64,000 nucleotides of DNA from Ptychomitrium polyphyllum (lineage: Eukaryota), in contig OZ316775.1 in NCBI GenBank assembly GCA_973851085.1, positions 11,470,001 to 11,534,000 of the forward strand, written 5' to 3'. Of this stretch, positions 25,970 through 37,599 are shown one piece after another. The notes under the pieces were generated by a model. That model was not told where the DNA came from, did no database searches, and saw nothing but the letters and a program-made list of their open reading frames with translations. Positions within the stretch are counted from its first letter, which is position 1; every line of letters begins with the position of its first letter. The position numbers and the translations under genes were made by a program.

Positions 25970-26450
25970 CAAAGTATGAAAAGGAACCTTATTGTCTCAT
26001 TATTTTGTATATCCACACTTAAAAAACTTACTTTATTCTTACTTTTTCATTATTTATTGTTTCCTTCTTTAATTTTTAACTTGTACATTTGTATGAAAAC
26101 TTGCATTAAATGCCATTACTTCAAAGATGTAATGGCCACCTTATTAATTTACTCATATGTAACTTAACACTCAACTTTGTATCATTCAAATTGATCTTCC
26201 GCTCCCGTTCAAAGGACATGTGGCCATTAGTAATAGGTACAGTACATGTATTTAAAATTGTAAAGGCAGCCATCACATCTTCAATGTAATAAAACTTAAT
26301 ACAAACTTTTGTACAACTGTAGAAGTAAATAGTAAATAGTAAGTAATCAAGAACATAAAAAACAAACAACAAACAATAATAGTGAGTTATGTAAGTGAGG
26401 ACTCACATGGCTGGGACTATAAATTTTTGTTTGTACTATATGCAACAACC
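25970..26450. repeat. Degenerate fold-back (imperfect inverted repeat), MITE-like relic
   Basis: 26089-26160 (ttgtatgaaaacttgcattaaatgccattacttcaaagatgtaatggccacc...) aligns with the reverse complement of 26244-26316 (ttgtacaaaagtttgtattaagttttattacattgaagatgtgatggctgcc...). Weaker similarity extends outward. Confidence 0.6.
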
Positions 26451-27470
26451 TAAGCCAAAGAGGTTTTCCCTCCATTACAACGGCCCTTATAGTGATACAC
26501 TCCAACGATGCCCCAAACCAAACACCCACTTTGCTTCACCAAAGATCTCCACGACCACAGGAGGCATCAGCATTCGTCCGTTCGCGACGATCGTCCATCC
26601 AAAACCGTCCTCTCGGTCCAATTATTCGTTAACAAAGTGTGTCCAGTCTGCTGAACGAGACACAGAGCGAGAGCGACGCCCTTGCTCCCACGACGGAGAA
26701 CCCGTCAAATACTGTCCTCATACCCTCCTAGGTATTCTACGAGTATCACACGAGTATCCTGGGAGTATCGTGCCGGTATCGACCAGGCTTGAACCGGGTA
26801 CGATCGCAGGCAGACGCCTCGGCACTCGTTGTGAACTTCAGGCACTAGAAAGTTGTGAGAATCTTGGAGGAGGCCTCCATTGTTGTAGTGTGGTTTCCAC
26901 CATTCTCAGTGCTCTCGCCTTCTGCATTGTGTTGTCGCAATCGCTGCTGCTTCAGCTGTTTTCTGAGATCACCTGTAATTCGGCAAACTGTGGAGAAACC
27001 AGTGTCAAAGTGGGAGAAACCGGTCTTGATCGGTGACTCACAGCACGCAGTTTTGAGAGCCAAGGTTTCAGCGTTCCGGGTGGGTTCATTGTTTTTCACT
27101 GCGTTTCTCAAGTGGGTTTCGCTCTTTGGGAATGGACAGTAGTGGGGTGCAAGGCGACTGTTGTAAGAGTTTTTGGGCAGCAGGGGTTGGAAGGACGTAA
27201 CAGAGGCACGAGTTAGGCAGAGTTGTCCTGTGGACGTGTAAACGTTGTAGGCTTAGGGCTGAAGGTAACGAGTAGATTTTTCCATCTCTTTGTACCTCTT
27301 TAAGAACCAGGAATTCTGAAGTCAACACAGAGGACTCGCAGGTTTTGTTTCGAACTCGATGCATTTTGCAGCATGAGGAAGTGTAGTATGCAGTTTGATG
27401 AATATTTCTTTCGTTTTTAGTGAGTGAAACATGTCTGTTTTGATTGGCTTAGATCGCGTTCTCTTGGACG

Positions 27471-30400
27471 ATGGAAGACTGTGATAGCGAGGAGTACGAC
27501 TCAGACGAGGTGAATGAGGCATTCGAGCAGGCTTGGGAAGGCATTCAAAGTGGGCGATTGAGATGCTTAAACTCCGACGAGACATTCAGGTGTCCCTTTT
27601 CGCCGGGTCGCAAGAAGCAGGACTACAAGTATTGTGAATTATTACAGCATGCCAGAGGAGTTTCGAGAGGAAAGCGGGGCCCTGTAGCGGCTGGGAATCA
27701 TCGTGCCATAGTCAAATACCTGGAAGAGGATAAGAAAGGTATGGCACAGCCTCAGGCCGAGCGAGTGATCTTTTTGGAGCAGGATGTACCTCGCAGGATT
27801 GACAGCGACGATAAGCGGGTTCGTCCTTGGATGGGCATACTACAAAATATTGATAATTATAATCGAATGCCAAGTGGCTTTCGGATCGGTGCTGGTGGGG
27901 CAGTTATCAAAGAGCATCTCAAGGTGCCGAGCATTCTCGTCCTCAATAGTTCAATAGTAGACGAAGTTTCATAATCTATGCTGTGTGATTGTCCTCTGAT
28001 GAGACGCAATTTTTAACAATTAGGTTCTCTAATTGCTATTTTGCTTGCAGGCCTTCAATCCAGAATCGGTGAAGGTCATGTATGATCATAGAGGTCATCT
28101 GGGTTGTGCTGTCATTGGGTTCCGAAACTCAATGGATGGGTTCAAGGATGCCGAAGCGTTTGAGAACAGCTTTTATCATAGGAAGCGAGGACGTAGGGAT
28201 TTCGAGAAGGACGTTCCACACGCATGTGGGAACCACTTGTATGGGTGGATGGCGACCAAGAAGGTACTTTTCACTTGAAATGATGGCATACTAAGAAATT
28301 CTGAACACTTTAGGTTGTCCATATTTTCAGAACTTGTTTTCGTGGTTAAAAATAGGGATGTGAGGGTTGTTTTGTGCAGGATGTCGATGGCACTAACAAG
28401 GGCAGTAACAAATTCATAATGGATCACCTGAAGTTGAGTGGCGACCTTAAGAGTCTTCCAGAAATCGTGAAGGAACTGGAAAAAACGGCTCAGCAGCAGG
28501 TGAAAAATCTTAAGGAGGTCGTGGTACGGAAGGATAATCATTTGCTAGTAACTCATCAGAAAAACTGGAGCTTGACCAACAAAGTAGATCAAGTCACGGC
28601 ACAGCGCGAGCAAGCTGAGCGTGAGAAGCTACAACTGATTGATGATCATCAGAAAGGTACGGTGGTGATACTTGAATTAGACCGAGACATTTAGAATTTT
28701 TTTTTATAAGTCTTTCTGATGGGCTACTCGTAACCTTGTCTGCAGAGCTTGAGGATTTGCAACGAGCGGCATCGGCTGCGGCTGAAGAACATGAGAGAAA
28801 CATGTGCCTTCATCGAACGCAAATTTCCAACAGGATGAAAGAGTTGGAGAGTAAAAGTTCCGAATTAGAAACTTTGAAACTGGAGAATGAGGCTGAAAAG
28901 GCTCGAAACTATACCGAAAGACAGGAGGTAACTAGCTAATTTTGGCATCACTTGCTTCTTCTGTATTCTTCTGCACTCTGCAGTCCTTACATGCGATGGT
29001 CTTTTACCTCTAAAAGTTTTGTGGTTTCATGTATAGACACAAAAACTATTAGCTTGGTACAAGGGCCAGGTCAAGCAACAGGAAGAGCAACAGAACAAAC
29101 AGATTGAGCTCATCAAGAAGCACAAGGTAAGTAACATTTTCCTGTTTAGACAACAACTTCATGACATTTTAGTCCTGTAACGGAGATGAAGCGGTGCTTC
29201 TGGAATTATGGCTATGTAATAATTTTATTTGATTTTAGTGCAGGAGGAGAGTGATAAATTGGAGAATCAGCTACAAGAGCAACGGAAAAAACTCCAAGCA
29301 AAGCACAGGCGCGAGTTGGAGAGCCAACGTGTGACGGAGCAACTGGAGACGGAGAAAGCCAAGAAGGCGGAGATTGTAGAGGCAAAGAGAGAGGAGACAG
29401 AGATAGAAAAGGAGGAGTATACCAAGAAAATTTCCGAGTTGGAGGAAAAGTTGAAAGACCTTGAGGAGGATGTGGACGCTGGTCATGATCTTGTGTCACA
29501 ACTGACAATTTCTCACAGACAGGCAAATGACGAAGTCGAAGATGCCAGAACCACAATACTTAATTCAAGGGTCAGTAGTCCCATTTTTCATACGTTTTCA
29601 CGCATTTTCACTACCATGCAAGGTGTTGGTTACGTATTGAGCACGTTTTCGTCTGATGTATGCTTCGTGTTTGTGAATCAGTTGTTGCATAGATATGGCA
29701 CATCCGAGATTGGGGTGAAAATCTTGGGACAGATAGATACAGACGGTTGGTGGGAGGAGTGTAAGGACAAGTTTCGTGGCAATCAAGAAGCGTTCAGTAC
29801 ATGGCAAAGTCGGATTGACGTGTTATTGCGAAAGCATACATTCAATCCAATTAAGATGGTGCCTGACGGTAAAGGGGGAAATAAGGTTTGGTTCGATCCG
29901 CTCTAAATAGTGTTACCACGTTCACACACTCCATTGTTCTCGATTGTAAGCTGTGGAGTTGTTTCACGGATTGAAATGATCAGGTTTTTGTGAGCTCTTG
30001 TTTCTGCTCTCTGGTTGTTTAATTGCTGGAGTGTCTCTTAGGTCTCTCTTGGTTTATATGCAAGCAACGTGGGCTGTTTCAGCTATAGTGGGGCGTGGAT
30101 GCGCTGTTTAGAATATGGTCATACAATGATCTGATAGTTGTTGCTTACGATTTTTTATCTTGGTTGTGCATTCTACAGAACGTGGTTGATGAAGATGATG
30201 AGGAATTGACTAAGCTTCGCAAGAAGTATGGTCGTCTAGTGGCGAATGCTATCGGCGTTGCCGCTCTGGAGATTGCAACTTGGAACCCTAGTGGGAGGTA
30301 CAACATCTCAATGCCGTGGGATTTCAAAGCAGATCAGAAAGCCAGCATGAGCCGGATATTTCAGCTTTTTGTAGACGTACTCCAAGAGAAAGAACAGGAA

Positions 30401-30508
30401 GTGAAGGAAAAAGAGAAGGAAATCAAGGAAAAAGATAAGCAGCTGAAGGCGTTGACACCGGCGAAGACTCCTGCTCCCGCACCAAAAAGGAGGAGGGCCT
30501 TAGTATAA
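27471..30508 (+). CDS. IDN2/FDM-like RNA-directed DNA methylation factor (zf-XS, XS, coiled-coil, XH domains); multi-exon
   Basis: zf-XS FRCPFSPGRKKQDYKYCELLQHARGV; XS domain VRPWMGILQNI...GCAVIGFRNSMDGFKDAEAFENSF...LYGWMA; long coiled coil; XH domain ELTKLRKKYG...IATWNPSGRYNISMPWDFKADQKASM; stop at 30508. Confidence 0.9.
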
Positions 30509-31650
30509 CACACAAAGTATGTCCGGGATGAAGAGAAGCATTGTATGGTGCTATTTCCTTGCGAATTTCTATCTCTTATCCAGAGATATTGTGACAGGCT
30601 CTATAATACACTTGTTTCCCTTTGCTGTTGTGTCAGTTATGGACATCTCGTCTATTTAGTGTTTATCATCTTTTGGCAATACGCTTGTGGTAAGCATGCA
30701 GGTTTTCATTATCCATGATCGTGGAACGTTTGGATGGGACTTGCTGCCTGTGTGGTGGAAGTAGGATATTGATTAAAGCAGACGTGTAAGTTGTGAAAGT
30801 TTGAGTAAGCTACGCGTTGCACAATCCTTTAGACATTTAAGGCATAGAGCAATCAGAATAAGACACTCAAATCAACACTTTTAATTGATTTGAGAGTGAG
30901 AGATGCAATGAGGTGAGAAAGAGACTGCAATGACATCAATTGGGACACTGATGGCGCTGGATATCAAGTTTCACCGGGGGAACACGAATGCAGCAGGAAG
31001 GTGAATTGTTTGAAGAGATGCTGTTGTGCCACCTAGTTGAGTAAAGAGCTCGGTGGATGTATGTTCACTAAATGTGCGAAAAGGAATGCTAATGTAACAT
31101 ACTTATTTAAGTTTGAAATGGACACTACACTATATATATATTGTACAATCTACCTCCATGAAATCATAGCTGGAGATTGACATTATGCACGCAGCACTTC
31201 TAATTCACATTAATAATACATGAATACAGATGCTCAAAATCGTTGTGTCGCGAGGTTATTATGGGCATGAAATTTTGAACATATGCAAGATTTCTTCGGA
31301 TCACATTACATTTCATTTTACAATAACAAAATTTAAATGAGATGTCTATGATTATCAGTAATTGCTTAAATACAATTTCAGACATGGTTTGATACCAACT
31401 TGGACTGGTAAGAGAGGCCTCAACCCTTATTTCTAAATTAACTAAATATCTACCACGGGAACTCCATAATCGGAAATTCAAATCCAGAATCCTTCACTTG
31501 CACATTAAATTGCTCATGACTGAACTGACAAACACGTACTATGTCGGTGCTCTCAATATATTTCTGCTAAGAATTCTCATAACAGCACCGTACTTTCTTG
31601 TGCAGTACAATCCTCATGAGTTGCAAAGGACCAGTGACTTTTATTACCAT

Positions 31651-31808
31651 ATTCATTATAATGAGAAAGGAGTTGAATTTCTGAAAGCTGGTTGTCATGT
31701 ACTTAAACTTATATAGTAAGTATCTTGCTAATAAATACGTCACAGTAGCCAAAAGCCAGTAGACTTGCGGATGCTTAATGCGATATAGCTTGGATCAAGC
31801 TAAATTTC
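31651..31808 (+). repeat. ~160-bp diverged direct repeat, copy 1 (left flank of the inverted PAT fragment)
   Basis: attcattataatgagaaaggagttgaatttctgaaagctggttgtcatg...gcttggatcaagctaaatttc aligns with 32476-32669. Confidence 0.8.
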
Positions 31809-32461
31809 ATCCATACATCGGAGAAAATGGCGGAAGCCACATACTAAAATGTATATAATTTCATAAAAACTAGATCAATATAAGTCCTACAGGTTATTCC
31901 AGTGGGAGGTGATTCTAAGCAGTATGATCAGGGTCATGATTGGGTAAACCGAGGCTTCCAAGTCCTAGTGGGGTAGAGCCACTATGGCTGTGACCTTGAT
32001 GGTTATGTGAACATGTTGAAGAATGTACATGGTGATTTCTTAGCCCATTGGGGACATTGCTTGGAGTTTGCCCAGGTACTCCTCCTAGGCTAGCACCTAC
32101 TGCACCTGCCGCCACTGACCTGAACTCACATGAAACAACGACTTCTGGGATCAGGAACACAGTCAAATAAGGATCTGACTAGCCAAACGAAGAATAGAGC
32201 ATGCCTCGCCAAAACGATCAGATACTAGCCGTCTGAATTCACACGTAAGTATTCAATAGCTTCATGGATACATACCATCAAACCCCTTGTTATCCAACAT
32301 CAAAGGGAAAGAGAAGAAGCAGTATTCAAATCACGTATTCTTGTTATGACAATACAGCTCTGTGATACTTGATCATACCTCAGATCTCATTGTAACACTT
32401 CATAATTATAACTTTAACCAAGCACCTCAAACAGCTTCTCTCAAGTCAGCAGTCTAGAGAA
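31807..32461 (-). pseudogene. Inverted duplicated fragment of the PAT gene 3' end (intron + terminal exon + 3' UTR)
   Basis: No mismatch seen by eye against the reverse complement of 25002-25656. It includes intron sequence, so this was a DNA-level duplication rather than a retrocopy. Confidence 0.95.
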
Positions 32462-32475
32462 AGGGGTTGGATTTT

Positions 32476-32669
32476 ATTCATCATTATGAGAAAGGGGTTA
32501 AATTTCTGAAAGATGGTTGTCATGTTTTTGAAATGATATAGTAAGTCTCTTGCTAAAAAATTAGTCTTAGCAGCCAAAAGCGAGTAGATTTGGAGATGCA
32601 ATATGCAATCCAAAAGCCAGTAGATTTGCAGATGCTATATGCAATTCAGCTTGGATGAAGCTATATTTC
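32476..32669 (+). repeat. ~160-190-bp diverged direct repeat, copy 2 (right flank), with an internal duplication of the ccaaaagc.agtagattt..agatgc block
   Basis: attcatcattatgagaaaggggttaaatttctgaaagatggttgtcatg...gcttggatgaagctatatttc aligns with 31651-31808. Confidence 0.8.
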
Positions 32670-33912
32670 TTCATTTAAACAGATTGTAGTCCTGAAATTC
32701 CTGCATACGATGGTTTTTGGACGACCCAATGGTTATACGACTCCGGATCCATTTGTGACTTTAGTGTGGCACGTTCGCCTGTTAGACAAGCTGTTTCGGT
32801 GTCCTGGACTGACTGTGCATGACAACAATAATTTCAATGGTTTCTTTCTCTCGAGCAAGTGAACATCATACAGATCGGACTACATTTCTGCTCACCGAGG
32901 CTTCAGTCTCTCATGTCAACTTCTGTAGCTAAAACATCTACATCGTATTACACCTATTCCAAGTGTATCGGTGAACATTAGTTGACGAGTATGTGATACA
33001 AATGGAACTGTACCTTGAATATGGCCACCATACTTGACGATTGGCAAGCCTCGACACCAATAACTGCTTTAATTTCGTCCAGGCACCACTTGTGCAGAGT
33101 CGCAAACAAATTCGAATACCTTCTGATCTGGACAGCCAACTCAATGAGAGGTAATAAAGAGCAAATATTTTATTACCTCACTGACACAGTCTTTAAATCA
33201 TACACTTCAATTTACACTCTCTGTCTAGGGGTGACGAATTTTGAGATTTCTTGATGATCTGGAATTTTCACAAGCTAGTATGAAACTGTAAATTCTGTAA
33301 TATTAAGAGAGTTATGCTATGTTTTGATGTGTTCGATGTCGTTTACTTCATCAAGATTCCTTTAACTAGGGGCTGTTAGGAACTTCTTCTTCAATGGAGT
33401 TCTGAGGTGATCTGAAACAACTAATGAAATTTTGATATGGTGTAACTGTCAAAGCTCCGCACAAGTCGTCATCATTCGAACATGACATGGACTTTTATGC
33501 ATTCATAATGCTTTGCGCCTATCTCGCCCTTGCTTGCAATAGTGAACTTAACCTTGAAAGTCATCACTCATGCTCATGGAAAGCAAAGATGTCACTAAAT
33601 TTAACTGAAGCTAACAATAAAGTCACCTGTAAACATCCCTCCGTTCAACGCCGTTACGGTCTTAGCCAAACAGTCCCTTCCAACTGCTTTCACAGGGAGC
33701 CCGGTGTCATCTTCCCCTGAGAAATCTTCGAAAAACAACTAGCGGCAAAGCAGCTTCTCAAACTTCTCTACTTCACTACGACGCGTCATAATCAGGTACT
33801 TCGACTACCTTCATGCACACACCCCATCCACACTCCTTTCACCTGTAGTTAGGCTGACGAAGCAACTGGCTAAGCGGATCACGACCCACGGGTTCTCAGA
33901 GGTACCCGTAAG

Positions 33913-33919
33913 TATAAAA
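33913..33919 (+). promoter_or_regulatory. TATA box of secreted Cys-rich gene copy A
   Basis: TATAAAA ~90 bp upstream of ATG 34005; identical at 40507-40513 in copy A'. Confidence 0.55.
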
Positions 33920-34004
33920 GTGCTGGATGTGACCGCACGATTTCAACACTCGCAGTTCACTCCAAAACTCATCGGCTGTATTCCGGTGTTGTGATTTGAT
34001 CAGC

Positions 34005-34454
34005 ATGAGTACCTCGGTGATGAACAGTCCTGCCGTTGTTCTGGTGGCCATGGTGGTTGTGTGCGGGACCTGTGCTTCACTCGCGGATGCAGCGTTGCGT
34101 GTCCGCAATGATCTGAGTCTCACGATTACGGTGCTTCATCCCCCATCTTGTATTCCACCATGTGTAGCAGGCAGACCCTGCCCGATCGCCTGTATCACAG
34201 GGTTCGATGTTGAGGGCGGGAAGGAGGAGGCCCTGAATCCGAATGTCCCGTATCCTCTGGCATATCTCAAGGTCCAAGTTCAAGACAGGGCCCAGGCTTA
34301 CTGTGTGCCTCACACAGACCTCAATCGCCTTACCGCCACGGCCCTCCTTGCGGTTGGTCCTGGTGACTGTGGCCAAGCTTTTCCCAATTCTCTCACAGCC
34401 GTTATAGTCGACTCGGGCCGGTATGTCACTTGCTTGCAACCGTGTAATGCATGA
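34005..34454 (+). CDS. Small secreted cysteine-rich protein, unrecognised family (copy A, 149 aa, intronless)
   Basis: Hydrophobic signal peptide ending ...SLADA, 8 Cys in the mature part, an upstream TATA box, and a conserved paralog at 38233-38691 with the reading frame preserved. Confidence 0.85.
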   Translation: MSTSVMNSPAVVLVAMVVVCGTCASLADAALRVRNDLSLTITVLHPPSCIPPCVAGRPCPIACITGFDVEGGKEEALNPNVPYPLAYLKVQVQDRAQAYCVPHTDLNRLTATALLAVGPGDCGQAFPNSLTAVIVDSGRYVTCLQPCNA

Positions 34455-35789
34455 AAGGGGCCTCGAATTTCAGCGATTGAGGACAAGCAGAGATCTGGTG
34501 CAGTCATGAGAGGAGGTCGGTGGTATCTCACACAGCTTGTTGGGTTACTCCGTATCAGGACAAGAATGTGCCATTCTCGTGTGAGGGAAAATCGTATGCC
34601 CTGGGTACTCCATGACGGTGATATTGTGGAGATGATTAATAGAGATGTTATGAGGTTAGAGGATTGCTTCTGTGCGACGAACAAGCACGGTTTGTTGCGC
34701 AATTAATGAATGCTTCGAACGTCCCCTTTTCCTTGAATGTGACAGTGTGTACATGATTTGTCGCTATGCATCAATCCTTATAATTGTTGTTTGTTTTTCT
34801 TGCATTCGAGGCATCGTAGGCAAGCGATTTAGGGTTGGACTTCTTGTGACTGACATAGAACAAAGTGCCTTAACAACGTAGACGAGCTTTGCGATTTCGG
34901 GTGTGATTTCGGAGTTAATGGACCAGGAGCCTGACTGTCGTGCAAAGAGTTCTGTATGTGAGTGGAAGCTTGTTGTAAATGGCTTTTGCTAGTCGTTGGT
35001 GAAAGGGAGAGTAGGACAATTGCTCGATCTAAGTATCTTGTCTTGGCTCATGGCTTTGCACCACGGGTTTTCTGCTTCCACATTTGGTATAACAAATTCC
35101 AAAGCTTGCACATCACGCACCTTGCAAGCATTTAAAGGAAGGAGACATTTTAAGCTTGTAAGCCTTGTTTGCAACTTTTAAGTCGAGTTACAGTAGAGAG
35201 GTGTCAATCAACTTATTTACCGGCGCCTGATGAAGTCCATAGCCACGAATGCACAGCTTCAATCCTTCCTCAGCACAGTGCGATGCTGAATCTTACAGAC
35301 TGAACCGACCAGCCGCAAGTAGATGCTCTGCAGATTTCCGCGAAGTACAGATGGCAATGCTCTTTTCTTTTCTTGTGCTGTGCACTGATCATTAGTTGCA
35401 CCAAACCATGCACGGCTTCATCACTCCAACGGGCTAGCAACCTGGAGCCTAAGCAAAGGTTAGAGCCCAGCAAAGTCGTTTCTGACTAATTCGTATCAAC
35501 ATTACCATCCTCAACTGTACGCGGCAACGATTTGGATGCACATCAGGTGTTGCGTGTGAAAGGCTGACAGCATAAATCCACTCGGCATGATCCGGAAAAG
35601 TGCTGTCTAGCCAGGCAACCTTATCTGGTAGTCGAAACTGTCAAGTAGACTGACAGCAAGCAGTTTTACTTGGACACTTCCATCACGTCTCGAAATGACA
35701 GTGGCGCCTGCAACCTTTACGCCGAGGCTTGCTGTTTTGGTACTAAGGTGGATTTTAGTGGATGAATAGAATAATCCTTGCGTGTTAAG

Positions 35790-37440
35790 CCAGTGAACAT
35801 TTACAAAAAAAAATAGGGTGATTATGACTTAAAGTTGCAAGCTTACATTCATAAATAAAAAAACCACAAAACATGTGAACAAGAACTATCAACACTTGCT
35901 TATGCCATATAAACATGGCCATGTTGTTTAGAAGGCTCAAAACATGTAACAATCACACATTGCAATCCATTAACTTATTTTAGAATATAATAGAATTTAT
36001 TAAAGTGTTAAGCTCTATAGATACAATATTTGGAACAAAATTTTTATTATAGATGGAAATATTATTTCCAAAAGAAGCACTGTAATTGATCTTTTGCTTA
36101 GGAACCAATTGCATTAGAAGCAACCTTTGCAAGCAATAGAATTTAATGAAGTTAATTTATCATAATAATTGGCAAGAATTGATTAAAGACACTCTTCCAA
36201 TATTATATTATGGTCAAGATTACTTAATTATTTAAATGACAAGATGATAACATGTCTAGTTCTTTCTACAAAGAACTTTGTGCAGTTCATCACTCACATA
36301 TACTTTAAGAGGCTAAAAAGCATTTATTAGCAACAAAAAATAATCAAAAATATTGCACTAGTAAATAAGATTTGAAGTAATTTTAGTCTGAATTTGATTA
36401 TAATGTTTAGGAGCAAACAAAAATGATGAATTTAAAGGTGTTAAGAGAATCTTATTACATTATAGCACGTATGCAAGGATAATTGATCCAAAACAATTTT
36501 ATCGAAATTATTGGTGTTTCTAATAAGAATTGGTTCAAAGGCCATATGAAAATATGACATTTGATTGATGGATTTGAGATTTTATTTTTAATACCATTTA
36601 AATGAAGAAGATTAAAATGAATTATACAATCTATGTAAAATTTAGCCATTGATTTGTTTTTGGTATTTTCAAATTTTTATTTTACAACTAAAATAAAATA
36701 AGGTTTAAGATTAAATTAAAATTAAGACAATATTAAGTTAAGTTCAAGTTTAAAATAAAAGAATAAATCGTGATGGTTCAAAAGAATTTAAAATTATTTA
36801 AGTAATGGCAAATGGTGTATAAGGTCCCAATGTGCACTTGTGGTGGTTGACAACTCAATCTTTTGATTTGAAATATCTATTTTGTTTAATGAAATCTTTA
36901 TATGAAGAAATATTGCTTTTTTGTTTTAAAAGAGAGAAAAAGAACAAAATTTAATTAAACTTTACAAGGTTAAAGTTCATTTAATTAAAAGAAAATTGAG
37001 GATAATAGAAAGATATTACATACAAGAGTTTAAGGTTAAAAGAAGGAGATGTTTGATACATATAAACTATACTTGAAAATCTTGAAGTATACTTTATAAT
37101 TGACGTGCTAAATGAATTAGAAACAATATCACTTTTTTGAGGCAACAATTTAAAAGAAAAGCATCAGTTATTCAAGAGAAGTTGTTATATTTTCAACTAC
37201 TACAAAGATAAGAAATTAAATGGTCAACTAAAAAAATAAAATTGTGCACTAACTAAAAAAGGCTTTTTGAACAAACACACAACATTGAATATGTTGCAAA
37301 TTAAGAAACTATTTGTGCATCATCTATCTTGGATGCCTCACATATATATACACCCAATCTATTAGGCTTCAATTAACATAGGTACAAGTTGGTGAAGCCA
37401 ACTTATAATTATATAGATATAAATCAACATGCCATGGTCA
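35790..37440. other. AT-rich island inside the Cys-rich gene cluster (probable decayed transposon)
   Basis: Sharp drop in GC between copy A and paralog B with no intact ORF. TE origin is inferred. Confidence 0.4.
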
Positions 37441-37483
37441 AAAACAAATCAACTATGCTACTATCCTGTTTTACAAAGCTATC

Positions 37484-37599
37484 AACTACTTTACTACCTA
37501 CTTTCCTAACTACTTTACTACCTACTTTCCTGACTACTTTACTTCCTATTTTCCTAACTACTTTACTACCTACTTTGCTAACTACTTTTCTAACTTACT
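37484..37599 (+). repeat. Minisatellite, ~24-bp unit (actactttactacctactttccta), about 4-5 imperfect copies
   Basis: Direct reading; it appears as a repeated TTLLPTFL translation in the ORF track. Confidence 0.85.

Noticed and set aside
26395..27142. 213-aa and 95-aa plus-strand ORFs upstream of FDM
   Set aside because: Non-ATG starts and no recognisable motifs; the region looks like promoter, 5' UTR and intron.
31915..32166. 83-aa minus-strand ORF as an independent gene
   Set aside because: It is the duplicated PAT terminal exon plus intron, starts at TTG and has no upstream exons.
34506..34706. ORF downstream of Cys-rich copy A (also 41100-41411)
   Set aside because: It is shared only because it lies in the homogenised tract; it is not preserved after paralog B and the two copies end differently.
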